A stretch of 64,000 nt of DNA from Chiloscyllium plagiosum (taxonomy: Eukaryota). The translations under genes were made by a program, and so were the position numbers. The DNA lies in the NCBI RefSeq assembly GCF_004010195.1, contig NC_057718.1, positions 90,811,353 to 90,875,352 of the forward strand. Reading direction: 5' to 3'. The notes beneath the pieces are model-generated. The model worked only from the letters and a program-made list of their open reading frames with translations, did no database searches and was not told where the DNA came from. Of this stretch, positions 1 to 12,764 are shown one piece after another. Numbering within the stretch: the stretch's first letter is position 1; each line of letters begins with the position of its first letter.

Positions 1-312
1 CAGCCTCACCCTATAGCTGAAACCCTCCTACCTTGGCAACATCCTTGTAAATATTTTATGAAACCTTTCAAGTTTCACATCATCTTTCCTGTAGCAGGGA
101 GAGCAGAAGTGAATACAGTATTCCAAAAGTAGTCCATTCATGCATTCTGTTCACCCCCATTATATCAGAACTGAAGGCAAGCATGAAGCTGCTTCTGCAA
201 GTACCTACATGAGGCTTTTCCTTGATTTATTTCTCATCTTTAACAAAGAAAAGACCATGAGACACTGGGGAGAGGTATAACCCAACGCATACCTTGCCCC
301 TAAAGGTAATGA

Positions 313-508
313 GTCGATGGTGTGGTGTTGGAAGAACACAGCAGGACAGGCAGCATCCGAGGAGCAGGAGAATCAACCTTTCGGACATTAGCTCTTCATC
401 AGGAGAATTGACGTTTCAAGCATAAGTTCCTCGGATGCTGCCTGACCTGCTGTGCTTTCCAGCACCACACTCTATTCTGAGCTCCAGCATTTGCAGTCCT
501 CACTTTCT
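313..508. mobile_element. Short fold-back Penelope-like pLTR insertion, family A (degraded hammerhead)
   Basis: Inverted arms (..agcaggacaggcagcatccgagga.. / ..tcctcggatgctgcctgacctgct..). TSD CCTAAAGGT(A/G)ATGA at 299-312 and 509-522. Confidence 0.75.
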
Positions 509-769
509 CCTAAAGGTGATGATTCTACCAAAGCACCACAAGTGTCCTTGCTCCCTGTTGTACACTTAATCTCATCCACAGAAGGTGGGTATATACCTTC
601 ATCATAGAACCACTGAACAGTTACAGCACAAGAGACCATTCAGCCCAACAAGTCCAGGACTGCATTTTGAATCGAAACCACTATTGCATAAAAATGCTTC
701 TCCTCATGTTGCCATTGCTGAAGGTCAATACAAAGTCCTCAAGCCCAGATAGGACATATAGTCAGACAG

Positions 770-1014
770 GTAAAAACAATGACTGCAGATGCTGGAAACC
801 AGAGTTTAGGTTAGAGTGGTGCTGGAAAAGTACAGTAGTTCAGGCAGCAACCGAGGAGCAGTACAATCGACGTTTCGAGAAAAAGCCCTTCATCAGGAAT
901 ACTGATGGAGTTTAACGGTATTCCTGATGAAGGGCTTTTGCCCGAAACGTCGATTTTACTGCTCCTCGGATGCTACCTGAACTGCTGTGCTTTTCCAGCA
1001 CCACTAATCCAGAC
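770..1014. mobile_element. Fold-back Penelope-like pLTR insertion, family A
   Basis: Inverted arms of about 105 bp. TSD TA(T/G)AGTCAGACAG at 757-769 and 1015-1027. Confidence 0.8.
920..955 (+). ncRNA. Minimal type I hammerhead ribozyme motif, family A
   Basis: CTGATGA(924-930)-A-GGGC-TTTT-GCCC-GAAA-C-GTC(949-951). Stem I is weak (attc/gatt) and stem III is the loopless palindrome ACGT. Confidence 0.75.
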
Positions 1015-1027
1015 TAGAGTCAGACAG

Positions 1028-1755
1028 CATGGAACCAGGCCCTTTGTATCAACTTGTATATGCCAACCAAGTTTCCCAAATTGAAATACTGCCATTTGCC
1101 TGCATTTGGCCCATATCCCTCTACATCCTTCCTATTCATATCCAAATGCCTTTTAAATGCTGCAATTCTGCCAGCCTCCATCACTTCCTCTGGTAGCTCA
1201 TTCCATACACGCACCATCCTCGGCAGAAAAAAGATCCCATTACATCCCTTTTAAATCTTTTCCCTCTCACCTTAATTCTATGCCCTCTAGTTTTGGACTC
1301 CCCCACCCTTGGAAAAAGACCCTGGCTATTCACCTTATATCTGACCCTCATGATTTTATAAACCTCAATATGGCCAGCCCCTCAGCCTCCGATACCCTCG
1401 AAATGTTTCTTATTCATGTCCTTATTCATGTGTCTTTTAAACATTGTAACTGAACCTGCATCCACCACTTCCTCTGCAAGATCATTCCACATGTGAACCC
1501 ACTCTCTGTGTAAGAAAAATGTTGCCCCTAATGTCCTTTTAAAATTTTCTCTCACCGTAAAATATGCCTCCTAGTCTTGAAATCCCCAACTCTAAGGAAA
1601 AGACACCTGCCATTCACTTTCTCTATCCCCCTCATGATTTTATAAACCTCAACCTGCTATGTTCCACTGAAAAAAAGGTTTCAGCCTATCATTATAACTC
1701 AAACCCTCCATGCCTGGTAACATCCTGGTAAATCTTAATTCTGAACCCTCTCCAA
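1028..1755 (-). mobile_element. CR1-type LINE 3' fragments (two nested pieces)
   Basis: Minus-strand translation VRVWNELPEEVMEAG.IA.FKRHLD and CR1 3' UTR. Confidence 0.85.
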
Positions 1756-2668
1756 ATGACACCAAAATTGGAGGTGTGGTGGACAGCGAAGAAGGTTACC
1801 TCAGATTACAATGAGATCTTGATCAGATGGGTCAATGGGCTGAGAAGCGGCAGATGGAGTTTAATTCAGATAAATGCGAGGTGCTGTATTTTGGGAAAGC
1901 AAATCTTAGCAGGACTTATACATTTAATGGAAAGATCCGAGGGAGTGTTGCTGAACAAAGAGACCTTGGAGTGCAGGTTCATAGTTCCTTGCAAGTAGAG
2001 TCGCAGGTAGATAAGATAGTAAAGAAGGCGTTTGGTATGCTTTCCTTTATTGGTCAGAGTATTGAGTAGAGGAGTTGGGAGGTCATGTTGCGGTTGTACA
2101 GGACATTGGTTAGGCCACTTTTAGAATATTGCATGCAATTCTGGTCTCCTTCCTATCAGAAGGCTGTTGTGAAACTTGAAAGGATTCAGAAAAGAGTTAT
2201 AAGTATGTTGCCAGTGTTGGAGGATTTGAATTATAGGGAGAGGCTGAACAGGCTGGGGCTGTTTTCCCTGGAGCATCGAAGGCTAAAGGGTGACCTCATA
2301 GAGGTTTATAACATCATAAGGGGCATGAATAGGGTAAATAGACAATGTCTTTTCCCTGGGATGGGGGAGTCCAGAACTAGAGGGTATAGGTTTAGGGTGA
2401 GAGGGGAAAGATATAAAAGGGACCTAAGGGGCAGTGTTTTCACACAGAGGGTGGTACGTGTATGGAATGAGCTGCCAGAGGAAGTGATGGAGGCTGGTAC
2501 AATTGCAACTTTTAAAAGGCATCTGGATGGGTATATGAATAGGAAGGGTTTGGAGGGATATGGGCCAAGTGGTGGCAAATGGGACTAGATTAGATTGGGA
2601 TATCTGGTCGGAATGGATGAGTTGGACCGAAGGGTCTGTTTCCGTGCTGTACATCTCTATGACTCTAT
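1756..2668 (+). mobile_element. CR1-type LINE, 5'-truncated (RT C-terminus plus 3' UTR), with stop codon
   Basis: QMEFNSDKCEVL.FG, LYRTLVRPLLEYCMQFWSP and VWNELPEEV motifs; ends in ctctatgactctat. Confidence 0.95.
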
Positions 2669-3067
2669 AACTTAATAATATCTTGATCTTACGATCTGAG
2701 GAGAGGCACCAAATTTTCAAAGATTAGAAACCAGGATAGGTTAAGAAGCCTTGGGAGTGCAGGGCTGCCTTGGCAGGAGTCCCGGGAATGATGCAACTGA
2801 AGATGGGTCACCTGCTGACATCTCCCAGGATTTGTCCAGCCAGAGGAGAAGACCTACCTGAGACACCCAGCAGGTACAAACTACTGCCTTCCTCCAGTAC
2901 TGCTAGCTGAGGTTCCATCATTGACTGGAGACTGGGCAATTCAATTCTTGGTGATCTCCAAATGACTCTACTGTGGAAGACATTGTGTTCCTGCAGATAG
3001 TTGCAATCTACCTACAAGCTATCCAGACTGAAGTTTGTCATGCTCCATTGTTGTTGTAATGAATCAT

Positions 3068-3410
3068 CATAGAATCATAGAATCCCTGCAGAGCAGAAAC
3101 AGGCCCTTCGGCCCAACAAGTCCACAGCAACCCTCCGATGAGTAACCCACCCAGATCCATTCCCCTACTCTATTACTCCACATTTACCCCTGACTACTGC
3201 CTCTAACCTACGTATCCCTGAACACTATGGGCAATTTAGTGTGGCCAATCCACCTAACCTGCACATCTTTGGATTGTGGGACGAAGCCAGAGCACCCAGA
3301 GGAAACCCACGCAGACATGGGGAGAATGTGCAAACTCCAGACAGACAGTTGCCCAAGGTTGGAATCAAACCTGGGTGCTGTGAGGCGGCAGTGCTAACCA
3401 CTGTGCCACC
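3068..3410 (-). mobile_element. HE1-like V-SINE
   Basis: Reverse complement has a tRNA-like A/B-box head, the V domain (TGGAGTTTGCACATTCTCCCC) and a CR1-like tail. Confidence 0.88.
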
Positions 3411-3419
3411 CCCAATGCT

Positions 3420-3610
3420 GAGGGTTGGTTAGCTTGCTTGGCTGGACAGCGGGTGAATAATGCCAGCAGCGTGGGTTCAATTCCCACAAGAGCTGAGGTT
3501 ACCATGAAGGATTCTCCTTCCCAACACTCGTCTGAGGCATGGTAACCCTCAGGTTAAACTACCATCAGTCATCTCTCTGTTCATCTAATGAGAGAGCTGC
3601 CCTATGGGTG
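3420..3610 (+). mobile_element. Degenerate tRNA-derived SINE (related copy at about 15230-15370)
   Basis: B-box GGTTCAATTCCC. Shares ggttaccatgaag and gaggca.ggt.accctca with the 15230-15370 copy. Confidence 0.5.
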
Positions 3611-4099
3611 CATTCACCTGGTGACAGTCGACTGTAAAAGGCTCAGTCCGGAAAATAGCCTGTATCTAGGATGGAAATAACGGCTGACAAGTGATGGTGA
3701 CAACTGGCATTGTCTCAGTCAGAGTTCTGTAAAATCTTCTGACAAATCTCACTGCCGGCTACGGCCAATCTGTTTCAGATTCACGACAATTTAAACAGAA
3801 CAAAGGGATTTTTGCACTGAAAAGACTGTGAAAGTTGGCGTTACAATGTTTGTAACTCACTCATTCACTTGGACGTGTCGCCATGTCTTCCAAAGAAACT
3901 TCAGTTATTGCTTTCTGTTGATGTGGTGCGGGGAGGGGATTGGGGGTGGCGGGGGGGGGGGATTGGAGAGATGTGGGGGGTGAGGAGTGCTGCTCTCACC
4001 TGCTGTTATTAACTGAGGTGGTGCGGCAGAATCCTTTAGTGACCAATCAGAAATCCATCAGAAGTGTACAGTCAATGACTTTCTGCTCTGTGTCAGGAC

Positions 4100-4445
4100 T
4101 GGGAAAGGGAGCGAGTGAAAGACACTGAATGTGGATGAAAAGTCTGGTGTGACTGTCTTCCAGCCTGGCATGGCTGTCTCTCGGCCCAGAGTGGCCTCCG
4201 TGTGGACTTCCATCCTCAAGGGGGAGCCCGGAGCAGTCTGGAGGTTAGGCGTGGACTGGGTTGGAAGGACTATTATTGTGAACTTCCATTTCATTATTTT
4301 TCTCATTTCTTTTCCCCTCAGAATTTGTACTTAAGAATCTGTAACTAGGTATCTTTGTAGCTAAGTTGGTGCCGGGAGTGACAATTTGTGAATCCTTCAC
4401 TGTGCTCGTGTGAGTCAATGTGACAATAAAGCTAATTCTGATTCT
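4100..4445 (+). mobile_element. Unclassified retroposon 3' end
   Basis: Ends in gtgacaataaa plus an (attctg)n tail resembling Rex1/Babar-type tails. A loosely similar minus-strand piece lies at about 44385-44500. Confidence 0.4.
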
Positions 4446-4479
4446 ATAACAGAGGGTCACTGAGTTATTGTTCACATTT

Positions 4480-4858
4480 GTCATAGAATTCCTACAGTGA
4501 GGAAGCAGGCCATTCGACACATCGAGTCCACGCAACCCTCTGAAATGTATCCCACCCAGACCCACCCCATACCCTATCCCTGTAATTCTGTGTTTCCCAC
4601 CTGGCCTGCACTTCCCTGGATATTATGGGCAATTTAGCATGGCCAATTCACCTAACCTGAACATCTTTGAACTGTAGGAGGAAACCCACTCACACACGGG
4701 GAGAACGTACAAACTCCACACAGACAATCAAACCCGGGTCCCTGGTGCTGTGAGGCAGCAGCGCTAACCACTGAGCCACTGTGCTGTGAGGCAGCAGCGC
4801 TAACCACTGAGCCACCGTGCTGTGAGGCAGCAGCGCTAACCACTGAGCCACCGTGCCA
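4480..4858 (-). mobile_element. HE1-like V-SINE with a triplicated 36-bp head
   Basis: V-SINE body followed by three copies of gtgctgtgaggcagcagcgctaaccactgagccac. Confidence 0.88.
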
Positions 4859-5587
4859 TAATTCAATATTCCCAAACATGAACTGGAAAGATTCTGATGG
4901 TATTTCCTTCAAATAGATAAAACTTCGGTGCAAACGTATTCATCCTTCCACTACAAAAGCATTCGGAGCATCTGGAGAGCAGAGAAATTTCAAACAGGTG
5001 GTTCATTCAGCAACTCATTTCACAGAAAACGCCGGAGAAAGTTTGAAAGGGATGAGCCTGAGTGTGGGCTCAGGGTTTGAGGTGCACAGAGACCAAATGG
5101 AGGGAGTCAGCAAACAGCACGTGCAGAATTACACAGCCAGCCAGCTGCCAATGACTAGAAGGCCATTTCAAGAGGGGGTTTCGAACTGTAGTTCCTAAAT
5201 GTTGTCATTGAGTAACATTTGTGCTTTACATACATATTAAAATGAACTGTGGAGCCATTTGTAGTTTACAATATGTTTTAATTTGATGGTTGATTCAGAC
5301 GTCTGAAAGTTACTTTCAACGCTAACTCTTTAAAAGTAATATAATAGTCTGTGTTGTATGCTTGCTGATTTTACTGTACATTATACACATTTACAACTGA
5401 GAGACCCCATCCCGCAGACACAGTGACTGAAGGCAAAGAGGGCACCTTTATACTGGAATATTGTATATTGTGATGTCATGTAACATCTCTTAAAGGTATG
5501 TTCTGGAATCTCTGCCATGATACTACATTCCTTCCCTCCTTTAAGATTGGGAATCATTTTTCAATAACCTGCACCTTAAGCATTTTT

Positions 5588-5950
5588 AGAGTCACAAAGC
5601 ACGAAAACAGACCCTTCGGTCCAACCAGTCCATGCCGACCATAATTCCAACTAAACTAGTCCTGCCTGCCTGCGCTAGGCCCATTTCCCTTTAAACATTT
5701 CTTATTCATGTATTTATCCAAATCTCTCTCTAAATGTAACCATACACACATCCACCACTTCCTCTGGAAGATCATTCCACACAGGAACCACTCTGTGTAT
5801 AAAAGAAGTTGACCCTCACGTCTTTTTTAAATCTTTCTCCTCTCACCTTAAAACTATGCCCCTAGTCTTGAAATCCCCCACCCTCAGGAAAAGACACCTG
5901 CCATTTACCTTATCTACACCCCTCATGATCTTACAAACTTCTATAAACTT
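5588..5950 (-). mobile_element. CR1-type LINE 3' fragment
   Basis: Reverse complement of the CR1 3' end (gaaaacagacccttcggtccaac..., cattccacac...). Confidence 0.85.
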
Positions 5951-6036
5951 TTCAAACAATATAGAAGCGAGACTGCATTTCTGGTTGATAAACATCGGAT
6001 TTCCTCATGGAACTTAATTGCCCTTACTCTCTGGGA

Positions 6037-6507
6037 GGAGAAAGTGAGGTCTGCAGATGCTGGAGATCAGAGCTGAAAATGTGTTGCTGGAACAGCGCAG
6101 CAGGTCAGGCAGCATCCAGGGAACAGGAGAATCGACGTTTCAGGCATAAGCCCTTCTTCCTTTTTTGGATGTCCATGGTGAAGATAAGGCGTTGGGGACC
6201 GGGGAAGTGAAAATCATGGAGGAGGTGGAGGGCATGGGTGGAGTCCCGAACGTAGGTAGGGAGCTCTTGGACTAAGGAGGACCGTGTCGAGGTATGCAGA
6301 GATGAGTTCGGTGGGGCAGAGCAGGCTGAGACAATGGGTCGGCCAGGGCAGTCAGGTTTGTGGATTTTGGGCAGGAGGTAGAAGCGGGCGGTGCAGGGTT
6401 GTGGGACTATGAGGTTGGAGGCGGTGGCTTATGCCCGAAACGTCGATTCTCCTGTTCCCTGGATGCTGCCTGACCTGCTGCGCTGTTCCAGCAACACATT
6501 GTCAGCT
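6037..6507 (-). mobile_element. Penelope-like element: inverted family A pLTR arms enclosing a frameshifted RT fragment
   Basis: Minus strand of about 6160-6428 reads TARFYLLPKIHKPDCPGRPIVSACS..PTELISAYLDT..LVQELPTYVRDSTHAL..LIFTMDIQ, the PLE RT motifs. Perfect 14-bp TSD CTTACTCTCTGGGA at 6023-6036 and 6508-6521. Confidence 0.9.
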
Positions 6508-6577
6508 CTTACTCTCTGGGAACTTTACAAATACAATGCACTTTACAAATATATTGGTTGAGAGGAGATTTGAAAAG

Positions 6578-6801
6578 GAGAAAGTGAGGACTGCAGATGC
6601 TGGAGATCAGGGTCGTGTGTGGGTGCTGGAAAAGCACAGCAGGTCAGGCAGCATCTGAGGAGCAGGAGATTCGATGTTTCAGGCATAAGCCCTTCATCAG
6701 GGCTTTCCTGATGAACGGCTTTTGCCCGAAACATCAATTCTCCTGCTCCTCAGATGCTGCCTGACTTGCTGTGCTTTTCCAGCATCCACACTTTGCAACA
6801 C
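6578..6801. mobile_element. Fold-back Penelope-like pLTR insertion, family A
   Basis: Inverted arms with ctgatga..gcccgaaac. TSD AGGAGATTTGA(A/T)AAG at 6563-6577 and 6802-6816. Confidence 0.8.
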
Positions 6802-7477
6802 AGGAGATTTGATAAGAGACATTCAGAATTATGATGGATCTGGACAGGGTGGAGTTGTTCCCATTAGCAGAGGGATCTAGAAACAGACGACACTGATTTA
6901 AAGTGAGTGGCAAAAAGAACCAGAGGTGGCATGAAGAAATTTACTTTTAATGCAATTGGTGCGGATCTAGAACATACTGCCCAGCAGAGAGCACAGTAGA
7001 GTTAGAGTCAGTTGTAGCTTGCAAAAGCGTATCAGATAATTATCCAGAGAGAAAAGTCTTTGCAAGGCTATGGGGCAAAGTCATGGGATAGATCTAACTG
7101 AGTTTCCCATTCAGAATCATAGAATGGTCACATTATGGAAGGAGGCCATTCAGCCCTTCTTCCAGCATGGACAGGGGGCCAAATTGGGGACAAAGGCATG
7201 TGTTTTTCTAAAACTGGTTATACGGGGGAGCAGAAAATATTGGTGGTCTGCTCTATGAACATAAGGGAGACTTTAATTCTGCAAATTATATTGGAAAACA
7301 TATATGTAGAACGTAAAACCATTTAAATACTAGGCATTTTTAAAAGATAAATCTGAAAGCCATCCTTAAAATGTCAAAATTCCAGACCCCTCAATTGAAC
7401 TCTATGACAAAATCCCAGTGGCACTTGGAAATGGGGAAAACACATTGCTAAATGGCATTAATATAAATGGAAGCCAG

Positions 7478-7590
7478 AGGGGTCTTGTGGTGCAGTGGTA
7501 ATGTCCCTACCTCTGAGACAGGAGGCCCAGGTTCAAGTCCCACATGCTCCGGAGGTGTATAATAACAGGCTCGTTTAAACAATACCTATA
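7478..7590 (+). mobile_element. Short tRNA-derived SINE head
   Basis: A-box TGGTGCAGTGG and B-box GGTTCAAGTCCC. Confidence 0.55.
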
Positions 7591-8019
7591 AATTACATGA
7601 GTTGTCCACCACATCAGATACTTACTGGGCTTTATTATTCCTGACTCAATGTGTGATAGGTAAAAGGAAGTACTGAATATGTATCCCAGAATTCCTTCTG
7701 TCAGAGAATCTCCTTTATTGTTTTATTCCTTGGACAAACTTTATTTTGGCAGCCAAAATTGGGTCGTTGGTTTGGAGGCACAGGGTCCCTCTACTGGTGA
7801 GAGAGAACAGATCTCTTAAAATTTCCAAGGGAGTTAAGTCATTGGACTTGTTTTCTTCTCAGTCTGATTCTTTGGTTCTTAAACTGTGATCCAAAATTTT
7901 GTAACAATGTGACCTCACAACCAACTCCTCAGAAATACCTGAGGACGTTCCACACAAGGAGAGTCTAAGTGTTTTAGGTCATTGGTTCCTTTCCAGTTCA
8001 GGGGAGGTAGCAAATTACG

Positions 8020-8420
8020 ATGTTACTTGGGGAGCACTCTCACCTCAGAGTCACAAAGTTCTGGACTTAAGCCCACTCCACATTTTGGATATGGAAGTCA
8101 GGGCTGTAACAGTAATGCAATACTGCAGGAGTGCTGCATTGTTAGAGGTGTTGTCTTTTGGATGGCAGGTCTATCTGCCTGCTCAGACTTACATGGCTGT
8201 ATTTCCAAGAAGAGAAATCAAGTTGTGACCAATATATAGCCCTCAACGAGCATCATGGTATACAGCTTCACTGGTGATCATGTGATGTTACTGTTTGTGG
8301 GAACTTGCTGCGATTCTGCCATTACAGTGATCAAACTTCAGAGGGACTTCCTTTGGGTGCAAAGTGCTTTGAGGCATCCAGTGCTTGTGGAAGGTGTTAT
8401 ACATAATGCAGCCTTTCTTT
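8020..8420 (+). mobile_element. DeuSINE-like (SacSINE1/AmnSINE1-type) degenerate SINE
   Basis: ctgtttgtgggaacttgctg core and aaagtgctttgag..tata..aatgcag tail, resembling the recalled DeuSINE consensus. Confidence 0.6.
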
Positions 8421-8689
8421 TAGAAACTGGGCTCTAACATTAGTCTGTTACTTCCTTGCCAAACGTACCTGGCTTCTCACAATCTTTTAGCTGGGTCTGT
8501 AGCTAGTCCTTTGTACTGTCTGCGTAAATGGTGTTCCATTACGTTACCTGGCCCCTAGCACTATGAAAGAACCATCTGAATTCTTTTATTAACTACGAAA
8601 GGTCATGTACACCCAACTAAAAATTCTCACAGTGAGAGGAGGCAACTGAAGGATGAAGCATTTCATTCAGGATGACAGCAGGAAAGAAA

Positions 8690-9105
8690 GAGCTATAGGG
8701 AGAGGCTGAATAGACTGGGGCTGTTTTCCCTGGAGCATCAGAGGCTGAGGGGTGATCCTATCATAGAATCATGAAGCGCATGGATAGGGTAAATAGACAA
8801 GGTCTTTTCCCCAGGGTAGGGGAGTACAAAACTAGAGGGCATAGGTTAAGGTGAGAGGGGAAAGATACAAAAGGGACTGGAGGGGCAATTTTTTCACACA
8901 GAGGATAATGCGTGTACGTAATGAGGCAGTGGTGGAGGCTGGACAACATTTAGAAGGCACTTAGATGGGTACATGAATACCAAAGTTTTGGAGGGATATG
9001 AGCCAAGTGCTGGCAATTGGGACTAGATTTATTTAGGATATCTAGTCAGCATGGACGAGTTGGATCGAAGAGTCTGTTTCTGTGCTGTTCATCTCCATGA
9101 GTCTA
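8690..9105 (+). mobile_element. CR1-type LINE 3' fragment
   Basis: Close similarity to 2230-2668. Confidence 0.9.
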
Positions 9106-9985
9106 TAACAGATGGGAGCATTTGCCCAATTTTTATGCAGGAAAGTGTGGCGAGTTTTGGGGATTGGGATGTTGCATGTTGAACCATTGGATTTGGCAAG
9201 GGGAGAGGTGCAGCAAGGGAGGCAGCACTGTCCAGAACAGCCTTTCTATCGTTTGCAGCTGTCTTCGGTGCTTTTCGGAAAATGCATAAGGCATTTGTGT
9301 TGAAGTGAGATAAGACAATCCTCCCACAGGGATCACAGAACTACAGTTCAACCATTTCCAAGACATATTATCCCTTTTATTGGCTTTTGCAGACTGTTTA
9401 TGACCTTGACGTTCAGTGTTAGTTATCCTCTTAAAACAGAAATGAATCAGACAGCCCGGAAAGAGGCCATTGAGCCCATTGAAGCCGTCTGATCTGTTTG
9501 AAATACCTATCCAATTGACCCCATTCTCCTACTGTCTCCCCAAAGCCCTCCAGTTATTTCTCCTTTTCAGTCTATATCTACTTCATCTCACTTATTTTTT
9601 ATTGGCAATAAGATTGCCTTGTAGTTGCCAAACGAAGATTTCAGTAATCATTGGAAATGACTAGAATCTATATAAAGCAGATTTGACTACAGAATGTTAC
9701 AAATATATTTTAAGTATGCACTTGCAGATAATTATATAATACAAACCGTTTGAATTACTGAAGAGATATGACACTGCTTTGGGTAATCTGATTTTAATTG
9801 TGTTTTTTTCCCCCATTCAGTTGTTACATTTTATGATATCTGTGTGTCACACAATTCTTACTTTTAAACTGGGTTCAGTTCTGAATATGGAGTTATCATC
9901 CTGGCTGTTTGCTTGAGAGGAGCCATTCTGTTCCCAGTTAGTGGGACACCTGAGAAGATTTTTGTAAAGACCGTTTGTATCAATA

Positions 9986-10900
9986 TCATAGAATATCTAC
10001 AGTGTGGAAACAGACCTTTCAGCCCAACAAGTCCACATCAACCCACCCAGACCTATTCCCCTACATTTACCCCTGACTAATGCACCTAACACTATGAGCA
10101 ATTTAGCATGGCCAATTCACCTAACCTGCACATTCTTTGGATTGTGGGAGGAAACCGGAGCACCGGGAGGAAACCCACGCAGACACAGGGAGAATGTGCA
10201 AACTCCACACAGACAGTCGCCCGGAGGCTGGAATCGGACCCAGGACCCTGGTGCTGTGAGGCCGCAGTGCTAACCACTGAGCCATCGTGCCGCCCAGTAG
10301 GAATGTTGATTCCCTACAATGTGGAAACAGACCCTTCGGCCAAACAAGTCCACACCAACTCTCCGGAGAGTAACCCACCCAGACCCATTCCCCCTGACTA
10401 ATGCACCTAACACTATGAGCAATTTAGCGTGGCCAATTCACCTAACCTGCACATTCTTTGGATTGTGGGAGGAAACCGGAGCACCGGGAGGAAACCCACG
10501 CAGACACAGGGAGAATGTGCAAACTCCACACAGACAGTCGCCCGGAGGCTGGAATCGGACCCAGGACCCTGGTGCTGTGAGGCCGCAGTGCTAACCACTG
10601 AGCCATCGTGCCGCCCAGTAGGAATGTTGATTCCCTACAATGTGGAAACAGACCCTTCGGCCAAACAAGTCCACACCAACTCTCCGGAGAGTAACCCACC
10701 CAGACCCATTCCCCCTGACTAATGCACCTAACACTATGGGCAATTCAGCATGGACAATTCACCTGACCTGCACATCTTTGGATTGTTGAAGGAAACCCAC
10801 ACAGACACAGGGAGAATGCGCAAACTCCACACAGACAGTCACCCAATTGAACCTGGGTCCCTGGAGCTGTGAGGCAGCAGCGCTAACCACTGCGCCACCG
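9986..10900 (-). mobile_element. Three tandem HE1-like V-SINEs with a near-perfect 321-bp period
   Basis: ORF-track entries at 10108 and 10429, and at 10121 and 10442, are identical and offset by 321. Confidence 0.9.
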
Positions 10901-11002
10901 TTTGTAACTCTAGAATAGAATGTGAAGACCCAAGTCCCTCATAGCCCTGGAGATAAGGTCTTGCATTGGAATAGTAGTGTTTATAGTTCCTTTTTTTAAG
11001 AA

Positions 11003-11320
11003 CCCCTACAGTGTGGAAACAGGCCCTTCGGCCCGACAATTCCACACTGACCCTCCAAAGAGTATCCCATCCAAACCCATGCCCTATTTCTCAACTTTTA
11101 CCCCTAACCTACAACATCACTGAACACTGTGGGCAATTTAGCCTGGCCAATCCACCTAACCTGCACATCTTTGGATTGTGGGAGGAAACTGGAGCACCCA
11201 GAGGAAACCCACGGAGACATGGGGAGAATGTGCAAACTCCACACAGTCACCCGAGGCTAGAATTGAACCTGGGTCCTTGTGCTGTGAGGTCGCAGTGCTA
11301 ACCACTGAGCCACCATGCCA
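11003..11320 (-). mobile_element. HE1-like V-SINE
   Basis: Same consensus as the other copies. Confidence 0.9.
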
Positions 11321-11554
11321 TCCCCAGGAGGGTTATGGGCCAGAAGCAGGGAGATGAGACTCGTTTAGTTTGGGATTATGGTCGGAGCGAAGGGTCTGTT
11401 TCCATGTTGTACGTCTCCAAGACTCCAAATCAAGATAGAGGGCAAAATGCAGTGCCCTCCCTGAGGCACATTTGGAGAGAGGGCATGTATTCGGGCAGGA
11501 GGCTGCCAAGTGGGACCTCCACTGATTTTGAAGAGGGGCTGGTGCAAACTGGGT

Positions 11555-11915
11555 CTGGATTCTCTAGAGTTTTGAAGAATGAGAGATGATCTAATTGAAA
11601 CCTACAAAATACTTAAAGGCACAGACTGGGTAATTGTGGGTAAGATGTGCCTCCTGCTCTGGAATGAGGAGGCACAATTTAAAAATTAAGGCAGTGCCCC
11701 TTGGGTCTGAGATGGGAAGAAACATTTTTGTTCAAAGCGTCAGAATTCTTTAGCAGACAGGGCTTTGGAAGCTCAGTCTTGAATATGTCTAAGGTAGAGT
11801 TGAATAGATTTCTGATTTTCAGTGGCATACAGAGTTATGGGGATAATGTGGATAAGAGGTATTGAAGTCCTTGATAGTATTGAATGGCAGGCTGAATGGC
11901 CTGCACCTACTCCCG
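11555..11915 (+). mobile_element. Old CR1-type LINE 3' fragment
   Basis: gatctaattgaaacctacaaaata..., ending gctgaatggcct..cctactcc. Confidence 0.7.
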
Positions 11916-12764
11916 TCTCTGCAAGGCCAAGAAGGCTTGTGGACTTCCCTCCATACCATGCCATTGATTGAGGCCTTTAGGTGATGAACCCACGACCCAT
12001 TGAACAGCTTCATCACTCCCCTGCTAGGGTTCACCATGTGGCCGTGGTCTCAAACGCCAACAGAGAGAACCCGGAACTCATTCCCGCCGACGAGACAGGC
12101 AAAGGGTGATCCATGTTCATGGGAGGCATGGATCCGACACCCTCATTCATCGACTCTATAAACCGTTTAGCTAAGTGATGCCAATGTTACCATGTCGCAA
12201 GTCTGTCCTGTCCTGAGTGAAGTCAGTTTGCTTCCCCTCGAATCAGATGCGGGTTTTAGTCAGTCAATGAAACTGCTTTGTGGGTAGAGCTGGAGACTTA
12301 AGGAATCAATCAGAGCGCTTGTTGAGCAGGACTGAAACCCATTAGAACAATTTGGGGCCAGCATTGAAATCAATCAAACAGCCTTCATCTCCCCCTGTCA
12401 TATGCCATTGAACTACTGGTGACAAACCATTCAAAACATTTAGATTTCATTTAGATTAATTTAAGATGCATCTGGACAGATGCATGAGTAGGTAGGGAGC
12501 AGAAGGATACCTTAGGAATTGAGCGATACATTTAGATAGTGGATTTGGATCGGCTCAGGCTTGGAGGGCCGATGGGCCTGTTCCTGGGCTGTAAAAGTTC
12601 TTTGTTCTAATGCAGTTGAGTTTTTGAAAGCAACAGGTATTTTATGTAGGATCTGTCTCCCAGTGAGTCGCTAAATTGTTGCTTTGTCAACATAAAGTTT
12701 CCCTTCTGGAGCGTGCTGGGCTATTGTCTTTACATGGGAGTTTAGTGTTTTTTTCCCCCCCAAG

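Noticed and set aside
1028..2668. Twin-priming 5' inversion of a single CR1
   Set aside because: The minus-strand pieces include their own 3' end and overlap the same consensus region as the plus copy, so these are independent insertions.
9800..9860. Strong acceptor-like site (tttttttcccccattcAG) as a missing upstream SLC24A3 exon
   Set aside because: No downstream frame resembles the expected alpha-1 sequence (GVF..KGDVG.GTIVGSAVFN).
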